Assembly (NCBI RefSeq): GCF_006345805.1
Contig: NC_043006.1
Span: forward strand, 19,158,001 to 19,222,000
Length of the DNA stretch: 64,000 nucleotides
Direction of reading: 5' to 3'
DNA from: Octopus sinensis
Taxonomy: Eukaryota
The number at the start of each line of letters is the position of its first letter. The first letter of the stretch is position 1. The notes beneath the pieces were generated by a model, which saw nothing but the letters and a program-made list of their open reading frames with translations, had not been told where the DNA came from and made no database searches. The position numbers and the translations under genes are program-made. Positions 22,070 through 36,978 of this stretch are shown piece after piece.

Positions 22070-25000
22070 AACTATCATTTACACCTTTCACAACTCACAC
22101 ACCCACTCGAAACCCCATCATTTGCCGATATTCTCTTCGCCATAGACTGTGCACTGATAGAGACTGCAAATTCACCCATTTACCTGGAACAAAACGCTCT
22201 ATCCCCACAAACTACAACAGCAACCACCATAATACAACACCACCACAACCACCAATATCTCAAACAAGGAATCCCCAAATCTGCCGCTATTCCCAGCGAG
22301 ACAGATTGTGTCTGCACAGGGATTGCCCCTTTACCCATCTCCCGGGGACTCGTCGGACATTTAAAGATAACCACTCACATAAAAATAGCCGCGGCCACAG
22401 TCACCTGCGGTTCCCTAGACAGGAAACCACCTCTTCTTCCTCTTTTTTAGCTATGATGAATCTAGCAAAAGAACTGGAAAAAAACATCCGAGCTATCACC
22501 CACCACCATCCACCACAAATACCTCACTGCACATGCAATTAAAAAGCAATCAAATAAACAAATCACCAAAACAATTAAAACCATCCACTCTCGCCTCAAC
22601 ATTTCTGCTTAATGCCCAAGGCATCAGCCCTTCCACCAATACACAAAAATGGAAGATAAGATTCCTGGAGGACTGGGTCGAGGCCCATCCAAACCACATC
22701 CCTTTCTTCGTCCTCACTGAAACCCATCTTAGTGACCTCCACTCGGAAGCCGAGGTGAAAGTTAAAAATTTCAAAACCATTCGTGCTGATCGTGCTGGCA
22801 GAAGAAAGGGTGGGACTGCCATTTATGTCCATGATTCATTCTCAACAGAAGCCATGAACATATTTTCGAATGGATACTGCGAAGCAGTCGCTGTATTCAG
22901 TCAAACCAACAACTTAACAGTAGTTGGGCTCTACAGACCACCGCAAACGCCCCTACCATGCTTCAAGGAATGCCTCAACAGCATAAAGTGTTTCATTCAG
23001 CAGTGTCAACCTGACAACATTTTAATGATGGGAGACTTCAACCTTCCCGGGGTTGACTGGTCTACAAACAGTCTGCCGCCAGGTTCTTCTCTCTCAACCC
23101 CTGACAGGGAGGCAGTGGAATCGCTTCTTGACTTCATGGATGACTTCTTCTTGTCCCAACTGGTACTTGAACCAACGAGATGTCACAAAAACGTCTTAGA
23201 CTTAATTTTCAGCAATCACACTGATACTATCCACAATATTGCAGTGGAGAAAACCCTACTCTCCGACCATGACATGGTTCTCTGTGATCTGAGATTTCAC
23301 TGGCCAAAATGCAAAACAAATGTCATCCCTCCTGTTCATCCATTTGACACTATGGATTTCCACAATGCAAACTGGGAAGCGATCAATAATAATCTTGCAC
23401 AAGTCGATTGGTCCTTCACGCACACATACACACCCACTAACATTAAAAAGTCCTGGCAGTCACTTGTAGACACCATCACGAATGTGCAAGACACACCCCA
23501 TTAAGATCTGCAAACAAATCTAAGTGTCGAATCCCTAGAAATAGAAAATCTCTCATAAGGAAAATTAAAAGAATCAACAAAAAGATCAACATGCTGAAAT
23601 ACTGTCAACAGCAACACACCAACCTGACTGCCATCTCGTCGCTAGAGATTAAAAAACATAAACTCCAAAACAACATGATGTCTATCATCAATAGTCAGCG
23701 AAGAGCTGAAGAGGCCTGGGCCATTGAGAAGATCAAACTCAATCCCAAAGTGTTCTTTTCATTTGCAAAAAAACAGAGTCACTGGTTCTACTGTTGGCCC
23801 TCTGATTGATGAAAATGGTACTCTTCAAGACAATGCCAAAACCATGGGAGAGATATTGCAGAAACAATATTGCTCTGTTTTCAGCAATCCTGATATGACT
23901 GATCTGGGCTGTATCAGTGATGTTACTCCCCAATACACTTTATCGGACATAACATTTGGCGCTCCTGATGTCTTAGCAGCAATAAAGGAAATGAAGCATA
24001 ATTCAGCAGTAGGTCCCGTTAGGTTCCCTGCTTTTGTCTTGAAGATGTGTCAAATCCAACTTGCACCCCCTCTAGCCAATCTGTGGCGGAACTCACTGGA
24101 TGCTGGATATATACCAGAGGACCTTCTATCCCAGTCTGTTGTCCCAGTTTTCAAAAAAGGAAACAAATCGCTTGCCGTGAATTACCGTCCAATCTCACTC
24201 ACCTCTCATATCATCAAGGTATTTGAGAGGGTGCTGAGATCGCGTATGACTCACTTCCTTGAGAGGCATAATATGCTGAACCCCAACCAGCATGGATTCC
24301 GTAATGGGAGAGATTGCCTGACGCAGCTACTGCATCATTTTGATGACATTTTGAGAGCCTTGGGAGAAGGTTCCAACACTGATGTCATCTACCTTGATTT
24401 CAGCAAGGCCTTTGACAGGGTTGATCATAAGATCCTTCTGAGAAAGCTGTCCAATATTGGTGTCACTGGAAAGTTGCTGCAGTGGATCAAGTGCTTCCTG
24501 TCTAACAGAACCCAACATGTTGTAGTCGAAGGAGTCAAATCCAGCCCAGCCAAAGTCAGCAGTGGTGTCCCACAAGGCACTGTGTTGGGCCCACTTCTCT
24601 TCATCATCTACATAAATGATATTACTGATACCATCAAACACAGTAACATCAGAACCTTCGCTGATGACTCCAAGCTCCAGAAGGTCATCAATGGCGTGGA
24701 TGACCAAATAAACCTTCAGTCAGACCTACTGGCTGTTGTCCAATGGGCGGAAAAGAATAACATGTTGCTAAATGAAGACAAATTTGAACTGATCCACTTT
24801 GGAAGGGAGGACGCTCTGAAACTCCCATACTCTATTCCTTCTGGAGAAATTCTCATGGCATCCAACAACATCAGAGACTTGGGAGTAACAGTGGACAACA
24901 ACATAAGCTGGGCTACACATATAAGCAGCAATGTTGACATGGCCCGCAGAATGTGTTCCTGGATTCTCAGAACCTTCCAGTCGAGAGATTCCCACGCTAT

Positions 25001-25630
25001 TATCCTTCTCTTCTCCACTTTTGCCCGACCCCACCTTGAATACTGCTGTCCACTGTGGTCTCCCAATACAAAACAAAATATTATGAGAATTGAAGCTCCC
25101 CAAAGGTCAATCACAAAAAAGATAGATGGCATGTCAGACCTTGACTACTGGGGTAGACTAGAGAAGCTGAAATTGTATTCACTCCAACGACGCCGTGAAC
25201 GCTACATTATCTGTATGATGTGGAAAATATTCCACCAGCACTGTCAGAATGATGTTGGCATCACCTTCAAAATGCATCCAAGGCTTGGACCACGTGCCAT
25301 CCGTCCACAACAAAAATCTAAATCGCATCACATAACGACAATACGGCACAACTATTTCACCTCAATTGGACCTGCTCTCTTCAACATTACACCAGGGCAC
25401 GTCAAAAAAGAAACTGACCACACAAAATTCAAGAAGTCTTTGGACAAATTCCTTCAAACAGTACCGGACAAACCACCCACACCCGGATATGTCTCTGCAA
25501 ACAATAACTCTCTGCTCGAATGGGCCTTGGTGCCCAAATCCTGAACTGAAAGACTTCACCAGGTGGTGCTATTAAGTTAGACATGGCCTGGGCCAATACT
25601 GGCCAAAACCTTTCTAAGTTATTCTAAGTT
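22070..25630 (+). mobile_element. CR1-group LINE, near-complete ORF2 with 3' UTR
   Basis: APE domain (LTETHL, YRPP, MGDFNLP, LDLIF, SDH) then RT; (TTCTAAGTT)2 tail; 5' end abuts (TA)n. Confidence 0.93.
22533..25544 (+). pseudogene. LINE ORF2 (APE + RT) with two frameshifts
   Basis: Frames 22533-23504, ~23495-23780 and ~23770-25544; NYRPISLTS, QHGFR, YLDFSKAFD, GVPQGTVLGP, FADDSKL, RPHLEYC. Confidence 0.9.
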
Positions 25631-26223
25631 ATATATGTATGTATATATATATATAAGTATGTATATATATGTATGTATATAATGTATATTATATTAGTAT
25701 ATGTATATATATATGTATGTATGTATATATATATATATGTATGTATGTATATATATAATTATATGTATGTATGTATATATTATATATATATGTATGTATG
25801 TATATATATATATATTATATATGTGTATGTATGTATATATATATATATAATGTATGTTATATATATATATAATATGTATGTATATTATATATATGTATTA
25901 TATATATATGTATATATATGTATTGATATATATATATGTATATATTATGTATGTATATATATGTAGTATATATATATATGTATATATATGTATGTATATA
26001 TAGTATGTATATTATATATGATATATGTAGTATGTATATAATGATGTATATATATATAAGTATGTATTATATATATGTGTATATAATATATATGTATGTT
26101 ATATAATATGTATGTATAATATATGTATGTATATATATATATGTATGTATATATATATGTATGTATATATATATATGTATGTATTATATATATATGTATT
26201 ATATAGATATGTATGTATATTAT

Positions 26224-26284
<61 letters not shown>

Positions 26285-26644
26285 TATGTATTATAATATA
26301 TAAGTATGTATATATATATGTATGTATATATATATATGTATGTATATTATATAAAAGGGCATACTGAACACTTGGTGAAATTGATTAATAATTAATTAAT
26401 TTTGCCCTCAATTGTTGAAATATATGTATGTATATATATATATGTATGTATATATATATGTATGTATGTATGTATATATATATATGTATGTATATATATA
26501 TATGTATATATATATGCATGTACATGTATATAGATATATATAGATGTTATATATATATATATGTATGTGTCTTATGTTATATATATAGGTATGTATATAT
26601 ATGATATGTATGTATATATATATGTATGTAGTATATAGTATATG

Positions 26645-26685
<41 letters not shown>

Positions 26686-26731
26686 TATGTATATATATAT
26701 ATATATGTATGATTATATATATATATGTATG

Positions 26732-26763
<32 letters not shown>

Positions 26764-26872
26764 ATATTATATATATATGTATATATATATTATATATATA
26801 TAGTATATATAGTATGTATGAATATATTATATGTATGTATATATATATATGTATGTATATATAATATGTATG

Positions 26873-26904
<32 letters not shown>

Positions 26905-26947
26905 TGTATGTTATATATATATATATGTATGTATATATATATGTATG

Positions 26948-26980
<33 letters not shown>

Positions 26981-27511
26981 GTATGTATATAATATATATG
27001 TATGTTATATATATATGTATGTTATATATATATATGTATGTATATATATATTGTATATATATATTATATGTATGTATATTATATATATGTATGTATAGAT
27101 ATATATATTGTATGTAGTATATATATAATAGTATGTATGTATGTATATATATGTATGTATGTATAATATATATATATGTATGTATATATATATATATATA
27201 TGTATGTATTATATAATATATAATGTATGTATATATATATATATATGTATGTATGTATATATATATATATTATGTATGTATGTATGTATAGTATGTATGT
27301 AATATATAATATATATTATATGTATGTATGCTAAGATGTATGTATGTATATATATATATATATGTAGTATGTATATATATATATATGTATGTATATATAT
27401 ATATGTATGTATGTATAAATGTATGTATGTATATATATATATATATGTATGTATGTATATATATATATATGTATGTATATATATATATATGTATGTTGTA
27501 TGTATGTATTC

Positions 27512-27542
<31 letters not shown>

Positions 27543-28690
27543 GTATGTTATATATATGTATGTATGTATATATAGTATGTATGTATAGATATGTATATAT
27601 GTATGTATGTATATAGTATGTATATATATATAAGTATTATATATATATGTGTATTATATATATATATGTATGTATATATATATATGTATGTATATATATA
27701 TGTATGTATATATATATATGTATGTATATATATAGGTATGTATATATATATGTATTATATATATATATATGTCTATATATATATGATCTATATGTATATA
27801 TAATATGTATGTATATATTGTATGTATATATATGTATGTATATATTGTATGTATATATATGTATGTATATATATATAAGTATGTATATATATATATGTAT
27901 GTATTAATATATATGTATGTATATTATATAAAAGGGCATACTGAACACTTGGTGAAATTGATTAATAATTAATTAATTTTGCCCTCAATTGTTGAAATAT
28001 ATGTATGTATATATATATATTATGTATATATATATATGTATGTATGTATGTATATATATATATGTATGTATATATATATATGTATATATATATGCATGTA
28101 ACATATATATATGTATGTTGTATGTATGTATGTATGTATGTATATATGTATGTAGTATGATGTATGTATGTATGTATGTATTGTATATGTATATGTATAT
28201 ATATATATGATGTATGTATATATATATGTATGTATGTATATATAATATATGTATGTATGTATATATATATATATATGTATGTATGTATATATATATATGT
28301 ATGTATGTAATATATATATATATATATGATGTATATATATATATATATATGTATGTATATATATTAAATGTATGTATATATAATATGTATATATATGTAG
28401 TATATATATATATGTATATATATGTATGTATATATTATATGTATATATATGTATGTATTATATGTATGTCTATATATATTATGTATATATGTATGTATGG
28501 ATAATATATGGATGTATATATATATAAGTATGTATATATATATGTGTATATAATATATATGTATGTTATATAATATGTATGTATAATATATGTATGTATA
28601 TATATATATGTATGTATATATATATGTATGTATATATATATATGTATGTATTATATATATATGTATTATATAGATATGTATGTATATTAT

Positions 28691-28751
<61 letters not shown>

Positions 28752-29149
28752 TATGTATTATAATATATAAGTATGTATATATATATGTATGTATATATAT
28801 ATATGTATGTATATTATATAAAAGGGCATACTGAACACTTGTGAAATTGAAATGATTAATACTTAATTAATTTTGCCCTCAATTGTTGAATATATATGTA
28901 GTATATATATATATGTATGTATATATATATATGTATGTATGTATGTATAATATATATGTATGTATATATATATATGTATATATTATGCATGTACATAATA
29001 TATGATCTGTTTGTATATATCTATGTATGTATATATATATGTATGTATGTATTGTATATATATATGTATGTAATATATATATGTATGTATATATATATAT
29101 ATGTATTATATATATATATGTATTATATATATATATGTATGGATATATA

Positions 29150-29182
<33 letters not shown>

Positions 29183-29868
29183 TGTATATATATGTATGTA
29201 TATATATATATATATGTATGTATATATATATATGTATATATATATATATGTATGTATATATATATATATATGTATATATATCTATATATATGTATGTATA
29301 TATATATATATGTTATGTATATATTATATGTATGTATATATATATGTATGTGTATTATATATATGTATGTATATATATATATATGTATGTATATATATAT
29401 TGTATGTATAATATATAATGTATGTATATTATATATGTATGTATATATATATATGTATGTATATATATATAATATGTATGTATGTAATATTATATATATG
29501 TATGTATGTATAGATATATAATATGTATGTATATATATATATATATATGTATGTATATATATATATAATATGTATGTATATATATATATGTATGTATGTA
29601 TATTATATATATATGTATGTATGTATATATAGTATGTATGTATATATATATATATGTATGTATGTATATATATATATATGTATGTATGTATATATATATA
29701 TATATGTATGTATGTATATATATATATATGTATGTATAATATATCTATATATAGTATGTATGGTGTATATATAGTATGTATATATATATGTATGTATATA
29801 TATGTAGTATATATATGTATGTATATATATATATATATGTATGTATGTATGTATATAGATGTATGTAT

Positions 29869-29901
<33 letters not shown>

Positions 29902-30520
29902 GTATGTATATATAGTATGTATATATGTATGTATATATATATGTATGTATATATATATATATATATGTATGTATATATGTATGTATGATGTATGTAATTG
30001 TATGTATGTATTATATATATGTATGTATATATATATTATATGTATGTATGTATGTATGTAGTATGTATGTATGTATGTAGGTATGTATGTATGTATGTAG
30101 TATGTATGATGTATGTATGTATGTATGTATGTATGTATGTATGTATGTATGTATGTATGTATGTAGATGTATGTATGTATGGATGTAGTGTATGTAGGTA
30201 TGTATGTAGTATGATATGTATGTATGATATATGTATGTATGTATGTATGTATATATGTATGTATATATGTATGTATGTATGTATGTATGATGTATATATG
30301 TATGTATATATGTATGTATGTATGTATATATGTATGTATATATGTATGTATGTATGTAATGTATGTATGTATGTATGTATATGTATGTATGTATGTATGT
30401 ATGTATAATGTATGTATGTATGTATGTATATATATATGTATGTTATATATATGTATGTATATATATATGTATGTATGTATATATATATATGTATGTATAT
30501 ATATATATATATATGTATGA
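25631..30520. repeat. ~4.9-kb degenerate (TA)/(TGTA) array with three embedded 68-bp units
   Basis: Unit AAAGGGCATACTGAACACTTG..TTGCCCTCAATTGTTGAA at 26354, 27931 and 28821. Confidence 0.95.
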
Positions 30521-31448
30521 TAATAAGAGTAAATAATTTCTATAAAGGCTTTTAAAAAAAACCCAGTTATTTACTGGTAGAATTCGGTATGTAAATATAG
30601 CCGATTACCGGCAGGACTTCTGTAAAGTTCAGTAATATATTGTATATAGAAAAAGGCCAGGCAAACAGGTTGCTTGACCGTATACCGAAAAAATAGAAAT
30701 AGCAGTACAGAATGCTTATTTCTATCAAAGTTGACTCCGGGCACGACAAACCCTGTATTCACATATGCAAAACAGAAGGAATAGATAACGAAAACGAAGT
30801 CTGGCGGTTATCTGACATCATGTTTCTGGATTATAAAACATAGAATATATATTTCATATATATTTTTGATATATATTTCATATACATTGCATATATATTC
30901 ACATCCTTTTCAGGACAGCTTTCCATTGAAATAGATTTATCATAGATTTATCAAATGCTACGTACCTCAAACCTTCTGACCATGCGACATCAAAATATTG
31001 AAGAAAGTGAGCAAAAGCTAAACCTACATAGACGTTTGAATTCGTAAATCTTCCCTCCAAAATTTTGCCATGCGACAACGACAAAAATAGTTCCATAAGA
31101 TGGGAACTATTGGGTTGTCATAATGGAGTGAAAAATCCAAATAGTAATATAATAATAAGAGTAAATAATTTCTATAAAGGATTTAAAAAAAACCCCAATT
31201 ATTTACTGGTAGAATTCGGTATGTAAATATAGCCGATTACCGGCAGGAACTTCTGTAAAGTTCAGTATATATATTGTATATAAGAAAAAGGGACAGGCAA
31301 ACAGGTTGCTTGACCGCATACCGAAAAAATAGAAATAGCAGTCAAGAATGCTTATTTCTATCAAAGTTGCACTCCGGGCACGACAAACCCTGTAATTCAC
31401 ATATGCAAAAGAGAAGGAATAGATAACGAAAACGAAGTCTGGCGGTTA
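30521..31448. repeat. ~290-bp direct repeats (30521-30810, 31153-31448) with a unique spacer
   Basis: The copies differ mostly by single-base indels. Confidence 0.9.
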
Positions 31449-31466
31449 TTATATATATATGTATGA

Positions 31467-31502
<36 letters not shown>

Positions 31503-31671
31503 GTATGTATATATATATATGTATGTATATATATATCGTATGTATATATATATATGTATGTATGTATATATATATATATATATATGTAAATATATATATA
31601 CATACATATATATATACATATATAATATACATATATATGCATACATATATATGTATGTAATATATATGTAG

Positions 31672-31720
<49 letters not shown>

Positions 31721-32032
31721 ATATATATATATACATATATATACATATATATATATAAATATAATATATATATATATACATATATATATATACAATATAT
31801 ATATATACATATATATATATACATATATATATATACATATATATATACATAGAATATATATATATATATATATATACTATAATATATATACATATATATT
31901 ATTACATATATATATATACATATCTATATATATACATATCTATATATATAAATATCTATATATACATATCTATATACATACATATATATATATATATATA
32001 CATACATATATATATATACATATATATATATA
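31449..32032. repeat. (TA)/(TACA) microsatellite
   Basis: Low complexity. Confidence 0.95.
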
Positions 32033-33566
32033 TCCTTAAATCCTTAAAAATGTTTTAGCCCGAAGGCCGCGGCCATGCTGGGGCACTACCGCTGAATGAG
32101 CTACACTAGTTTGTGAATCCACCTCTGATACGTGGCACTTGATCAACAAGGGAGTTCGATGCTGCTGCCCGCATCCGTGTCTCCTGTCGTGAGGTAGGTT
32201 CATCTGGGACTCCCAACAAGAAGAGATCCAGTTTAGTTTTAAAGAAACCCACATCCACACCATGTAAGTCTCTCAGGCATTTGGGGAGGATGTTAAAGAG
32301 CTGTGGTCCTCTGAAACCCAAGCTGTTGCAGTATCTGGACCTGTATTTTGATGGTGATGTTGGAATCCTTGGTACCACGCAGCGGCGCGCCCGTTCTGCG
32401 GTGGAGTAACTTTGAATGCCAAAGTTTGGGACAAGACCCTCCAGGATTTCCAGATGTATATCACTGCATATCTCTCCCGCCTCCGCTCCAGGGAGAAGAG
32501 GTTTAATACCTTCAGTCTTTCCCAGTAGCTGACATTTTGCATTGAGACGATTTTCTTTGTGTAGCTTCTCTGAGTTGCTTCGAGTTCTGCTGTTTGTTTT
32601 ATATTGTGTGGTGACCAAAGTTGGGAGCAGTAGTCCAAACGGCTGAGGACAAATGTTTTCCATAGGACCATCAGTGTCTCCTTCTCTCTTGTTCTGAAAG
32701 TTCGGAGAATCCATCCAGCTAGCCGTCTGCATTTTATCACCAGATTAGCAATATGCATTTGGAAAGATGCATCATTGCTCATGTCAATGCCCAGGTCACG
32801 CACTGATTTTGACTCAGGGATTGCAATTCTTCCTGGGCCAGTGTATCCAGTCTTCACGTCATTTACCTTGTGTGCCAGTAGCGCAGGGCCTGGAACTTAC
32901 CTGCATTAAACTGCATGTTGTTGTCCTCAGCCCACCTGTATATTGTGTCCAGCTCATGTTGCAGATGCGCAATATTTTCAGGGTTTTGTATTGCGTGGGA
33001 GACTTTTGTGTCATCTGCATAGCTAGCAAGGGTGGTCATCGTAGCAACTGAAGGCATGTCTGAAAGGCCACTATGAACATCAGTGGCCCCAAGACAGTGC
33101 CCTGTGGGACACCGCTTGTTATTTGCGTTTCCCTGGAGGTGGCTCCATTGCTCACAACTGCCTGTTTTCTGTCTTTTAGGAAGCTGTGCAGCCACTCTCC
33201 AAGTTTCCCGCCTATGCCGAGACCACGCAGTTTGTGACAGATCATACCATGGTCGACTTTATCAAAGGCTTTTGCAAAGTCAAGATATATTACATCCACA
33301 TTTGAGCCATTTAGTAGCTGTTTTCAACACCCAGTCATAGTGTTGCAGGAGCTGTGTTAGGCAGCCTCTACCTGGTCGAAATCCATGCTGGGTGTCAGAC
33401 AGTAAGTCATTTTCTTCAAGGAACATGATTAGTTTCTTACGGACTATTCGTTCCATGACTTTGCTGATGTGTGAGGTCAGAGAGATAGGCCTATAATTTT
33501 TAGCATCTGCTCTGCTACCTCCCTTATGGATAGGGCATATTACCCCCTCTTTCAGTTTGACTGGGA
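32033..33566 (-). mobile_element. CR1-group LINE (second family), 5'-truncated RT + 3' end
   Basis: YLDFAKAFD, GVPQGTVLGP, YADDTKV, SRLDYCSQLW, SLERRRER; (TTAAGGA)n tail. Confidence 0.92.
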
Positions 33567-33593
33567 GCGGTTGTTTTGTATTAAGGAAATACC

Positions 33594-33826
33594 CATTTCT
33601 TTACTACACACAAGGGGCTAAACACAGAGAGGACAAACAAGGACAGACAAACGGATAAAGTCGATTATATCGACCCCAGTGCGTAAGTGGTACTTATTTA
33701 ATCGAGTCTGAAAAGATGAAAGGCAAAGTCGACCTCGGCGGAATTTGAACTCGGAACCTAGCGGCAGACGAAATACGGCTACGCATTTCGCCCGGCGTGC
33801 TAACGATTTTGCCAGCGTGCCGCCTT
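33594..33826 (-). mobile_element. SINE family C
   Basis: Matches 6388-6622. Confidence 0.9.
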
Positions 33827-33879
33827 GTATAAAGGAAATACCAGTAAGCATTTTTCCGCCATGCTAAAGATTCTGCCAT

Positions 33880-33919
33880 CTAGCCGTCCTATAATATATA
33901 TATCTATATATATATAATA

Positions 33920-33963
<44 letters not shown>

Positions 33964-33965
33964 AT

Positions 33966-34008
<43 letters not shown>

Positions 34009-34160
34009 TACTATGTATGTCTATATATAATGTTATATATATGTATGTATATATATATATGTATATATATATGTATGTATATATAATATGTATATATATA
34101 TGTATGTATATTATATATATGTATATATATATATGTATTATATATATATATGTATATATG

Positions 34161-34195
<35 letters not shown>

Positions 34196-34226
34196 GTATT
34201 ATATATATATGTATATATATTATATG

Positions 34227-34257
<31 letters not shown>

Positions 34258-34261
34258 GTAT

Positions 34262-34306
<45 letters not shown>

Positions 34307-34674
34307 GTGTATATATATATATGTGTATTATATATATATATGTATATATATATATGTATATATATATATGTATATATATATATGTATATATATATAGTAT
34401 TATATATATATATATATGTTAATTATATATGTATTGTATATATATTATGTATGTATATTATATATATATGTTATATATATATAGTATGTATATATAGTAA
34501 TATATGTATTATATATATGTATGTATATATATATATATGTATATATATATATTATATTATATATATATATGTATATATATAATGTATATATATATATATA
34601 TTAAATATTATATATATATATATGTATATATATATATGTATATATATATAATGTATGTATATATATGTATGTAT

Positions 34675-34710
<36 letters not shown>

Positions 34711-34748
34711 TATGTATATATATATATGTATGTATATATGTATGTATG

Positions 34749-34791
<43 letters not shown>

Positions 34792-34846
34792 CTATATGTA
34801 TGTTATATATATGTATGATATATATGTATGTATATATATGTATGTA

Positions 34847-34908
<62 letters not shown>

Positions 34909-34926
34909 GTATTTATATATTTTATG

Positions 34927-34961
<35 letters not shown>

Positions 34962-35214
34962 GTATGTATATATATGATGTATATATATATATGTATATAT
35001 ATGTATGTATATATATATATGTATATATATTATGTATATATATATATGTATATATATGATGTATGTATATGTATGTATGTATATGTATGTATGTATATGT
35101 ATGTATGTATATGTATGTATGTATATTATATATGTATATGATATATGTATATATATATATGTATATATATATATATGTATATATATTATATATATATGTA
35201 TATTAATATATATG

Positions 35215-35247
<33 letters not shown>

Positions 35248-35598
35248 GTATATATAATATATATGTATATATGTATATATATGTATATATGTATATATAT
35301 GTATATATGTATATATGTATATATATGTATATATGTATATATATATATGATGTATATATATATATTGTATATATATATATGTAAATATATATGTATATAT
35401 ATATATGTATATAATATATGTATATATATATATGTATATATATATATGTATATTATATGTATATATATATGTTATATATTATGTATTATATATATGTATA
35501 TATATATGTATATATATATATGTATGTATATAATATGTGTATATATATATGTATGTATATATATATATGTATGTATATATATATATGTATGTATATAT

Positions 35599-35629
<31 letters not shown>

Positions 35630-35737
35630 GTATATAATATATGTTATATATATGTATGTATATTATGTATGTATATATATGTATGATATATTGTATGTAT
35701 ATATATATATGTATATATAATGTATGTATATATGTAT

Positions 35738-35774
<37 letters not shown>

Positions 35775-35830
35775 GTATGATATATATGTATGTATATATA
35801 TGTATGTATGTATATGTATAGATATATATG

Positions 35831-35903
<73 letters not shown>

Positions 35904-35956
35904 GTATGTAGATATATTGTATGTATTATATATAGTATGTATAATGTAGATATATG

Positions 35957-35996
<40 letters not shown>

Positions 35997-36274
35997 TATG
36001 TATATATATTATGTATATATATATATGTATATATATGTATATATGTAATGTATGTATGTATATGTATGTATGTATATGTATGTATGTATATATATGTTAT
36101 GTATATATATATGTATATAGATATATGTATATATATATGTATATATAATATATGTATATTATAGATATATATATGTATATATATATATGTATATATATAT
36201 ATGTATATCTATATATATATGTATATATGTATATATGTATAGATGTGTATATATAGTATATATGTATATATATG

Positions 36275-36307
<33 letters not shown>

Positions 36308-36386
36308 GTATATATATTATATGTATATATATTATATATGTATATATATATATATATGTATTATATATATGTATATATATATATAG

Positions 36387-36417
<31 letters not shown>

Positions 36418-36783
36418 GTATATATATATAGTATATATATATATGTATATTATATATATATTATATATATATATATGTATATATATATGTATGTATATAT
36501 ATAGTATGTATATATATAGTATGTATGTTATATATATGTATGTATATAATGTGTATGTATATATATTATGTATGTATATATGTATGTATATATATGTATA
36601 TATATGTATATGTATGTATATGTATTGTATATGTATGTATATGTATATGTATGTATATGTAATGTATGTGTATGTATATGTATATGTATATATATGTATA
36701 TGTATATATATGTATATGTATATGTATATATATATATATATTATGTATGTATATGTATATATATATAATAATATATATATATA
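33880..36783. repeat. ~2.9-kb degenerate (TA)/(TGTA) array
   Basis: Low complexity. Confidence 0.95.
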
Positions 36784-36977
36784 TGAAGTTAATCCAAACA
36801 AGAAAGCACAAAAAACACAACAACGCGAGGACGTGGAACAAATATAGTATCATTGGACGCTCAGGAAAGAAGGAGGGTTTAACGTTTCGATCGGAGCTCT
36901 TCGTCGGAAACATAGGAGGAGGAAAGATCCAGAGAAGGGAAGACAGAGGAAAAAAAAATCGCCAACGGTACACACGA
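36784..36977 (-). mobile_element. Penelope-type terminal repeat with hammerhead-like core
   Basis: Minus strand CCGACGA-A-GAG-CTCCG-ATC-GAAACG..CGTC; abuts the (TA)n array. Confidence 0.45.
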
Positions 36978-36978
36978 G

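Noticed and set aside
11479-28890. CRISPR-like periodicity (minisatellite; 68-bp units)
   Set aside because: Eukaryotic context, no unique constant-length spacers, no cas genes.
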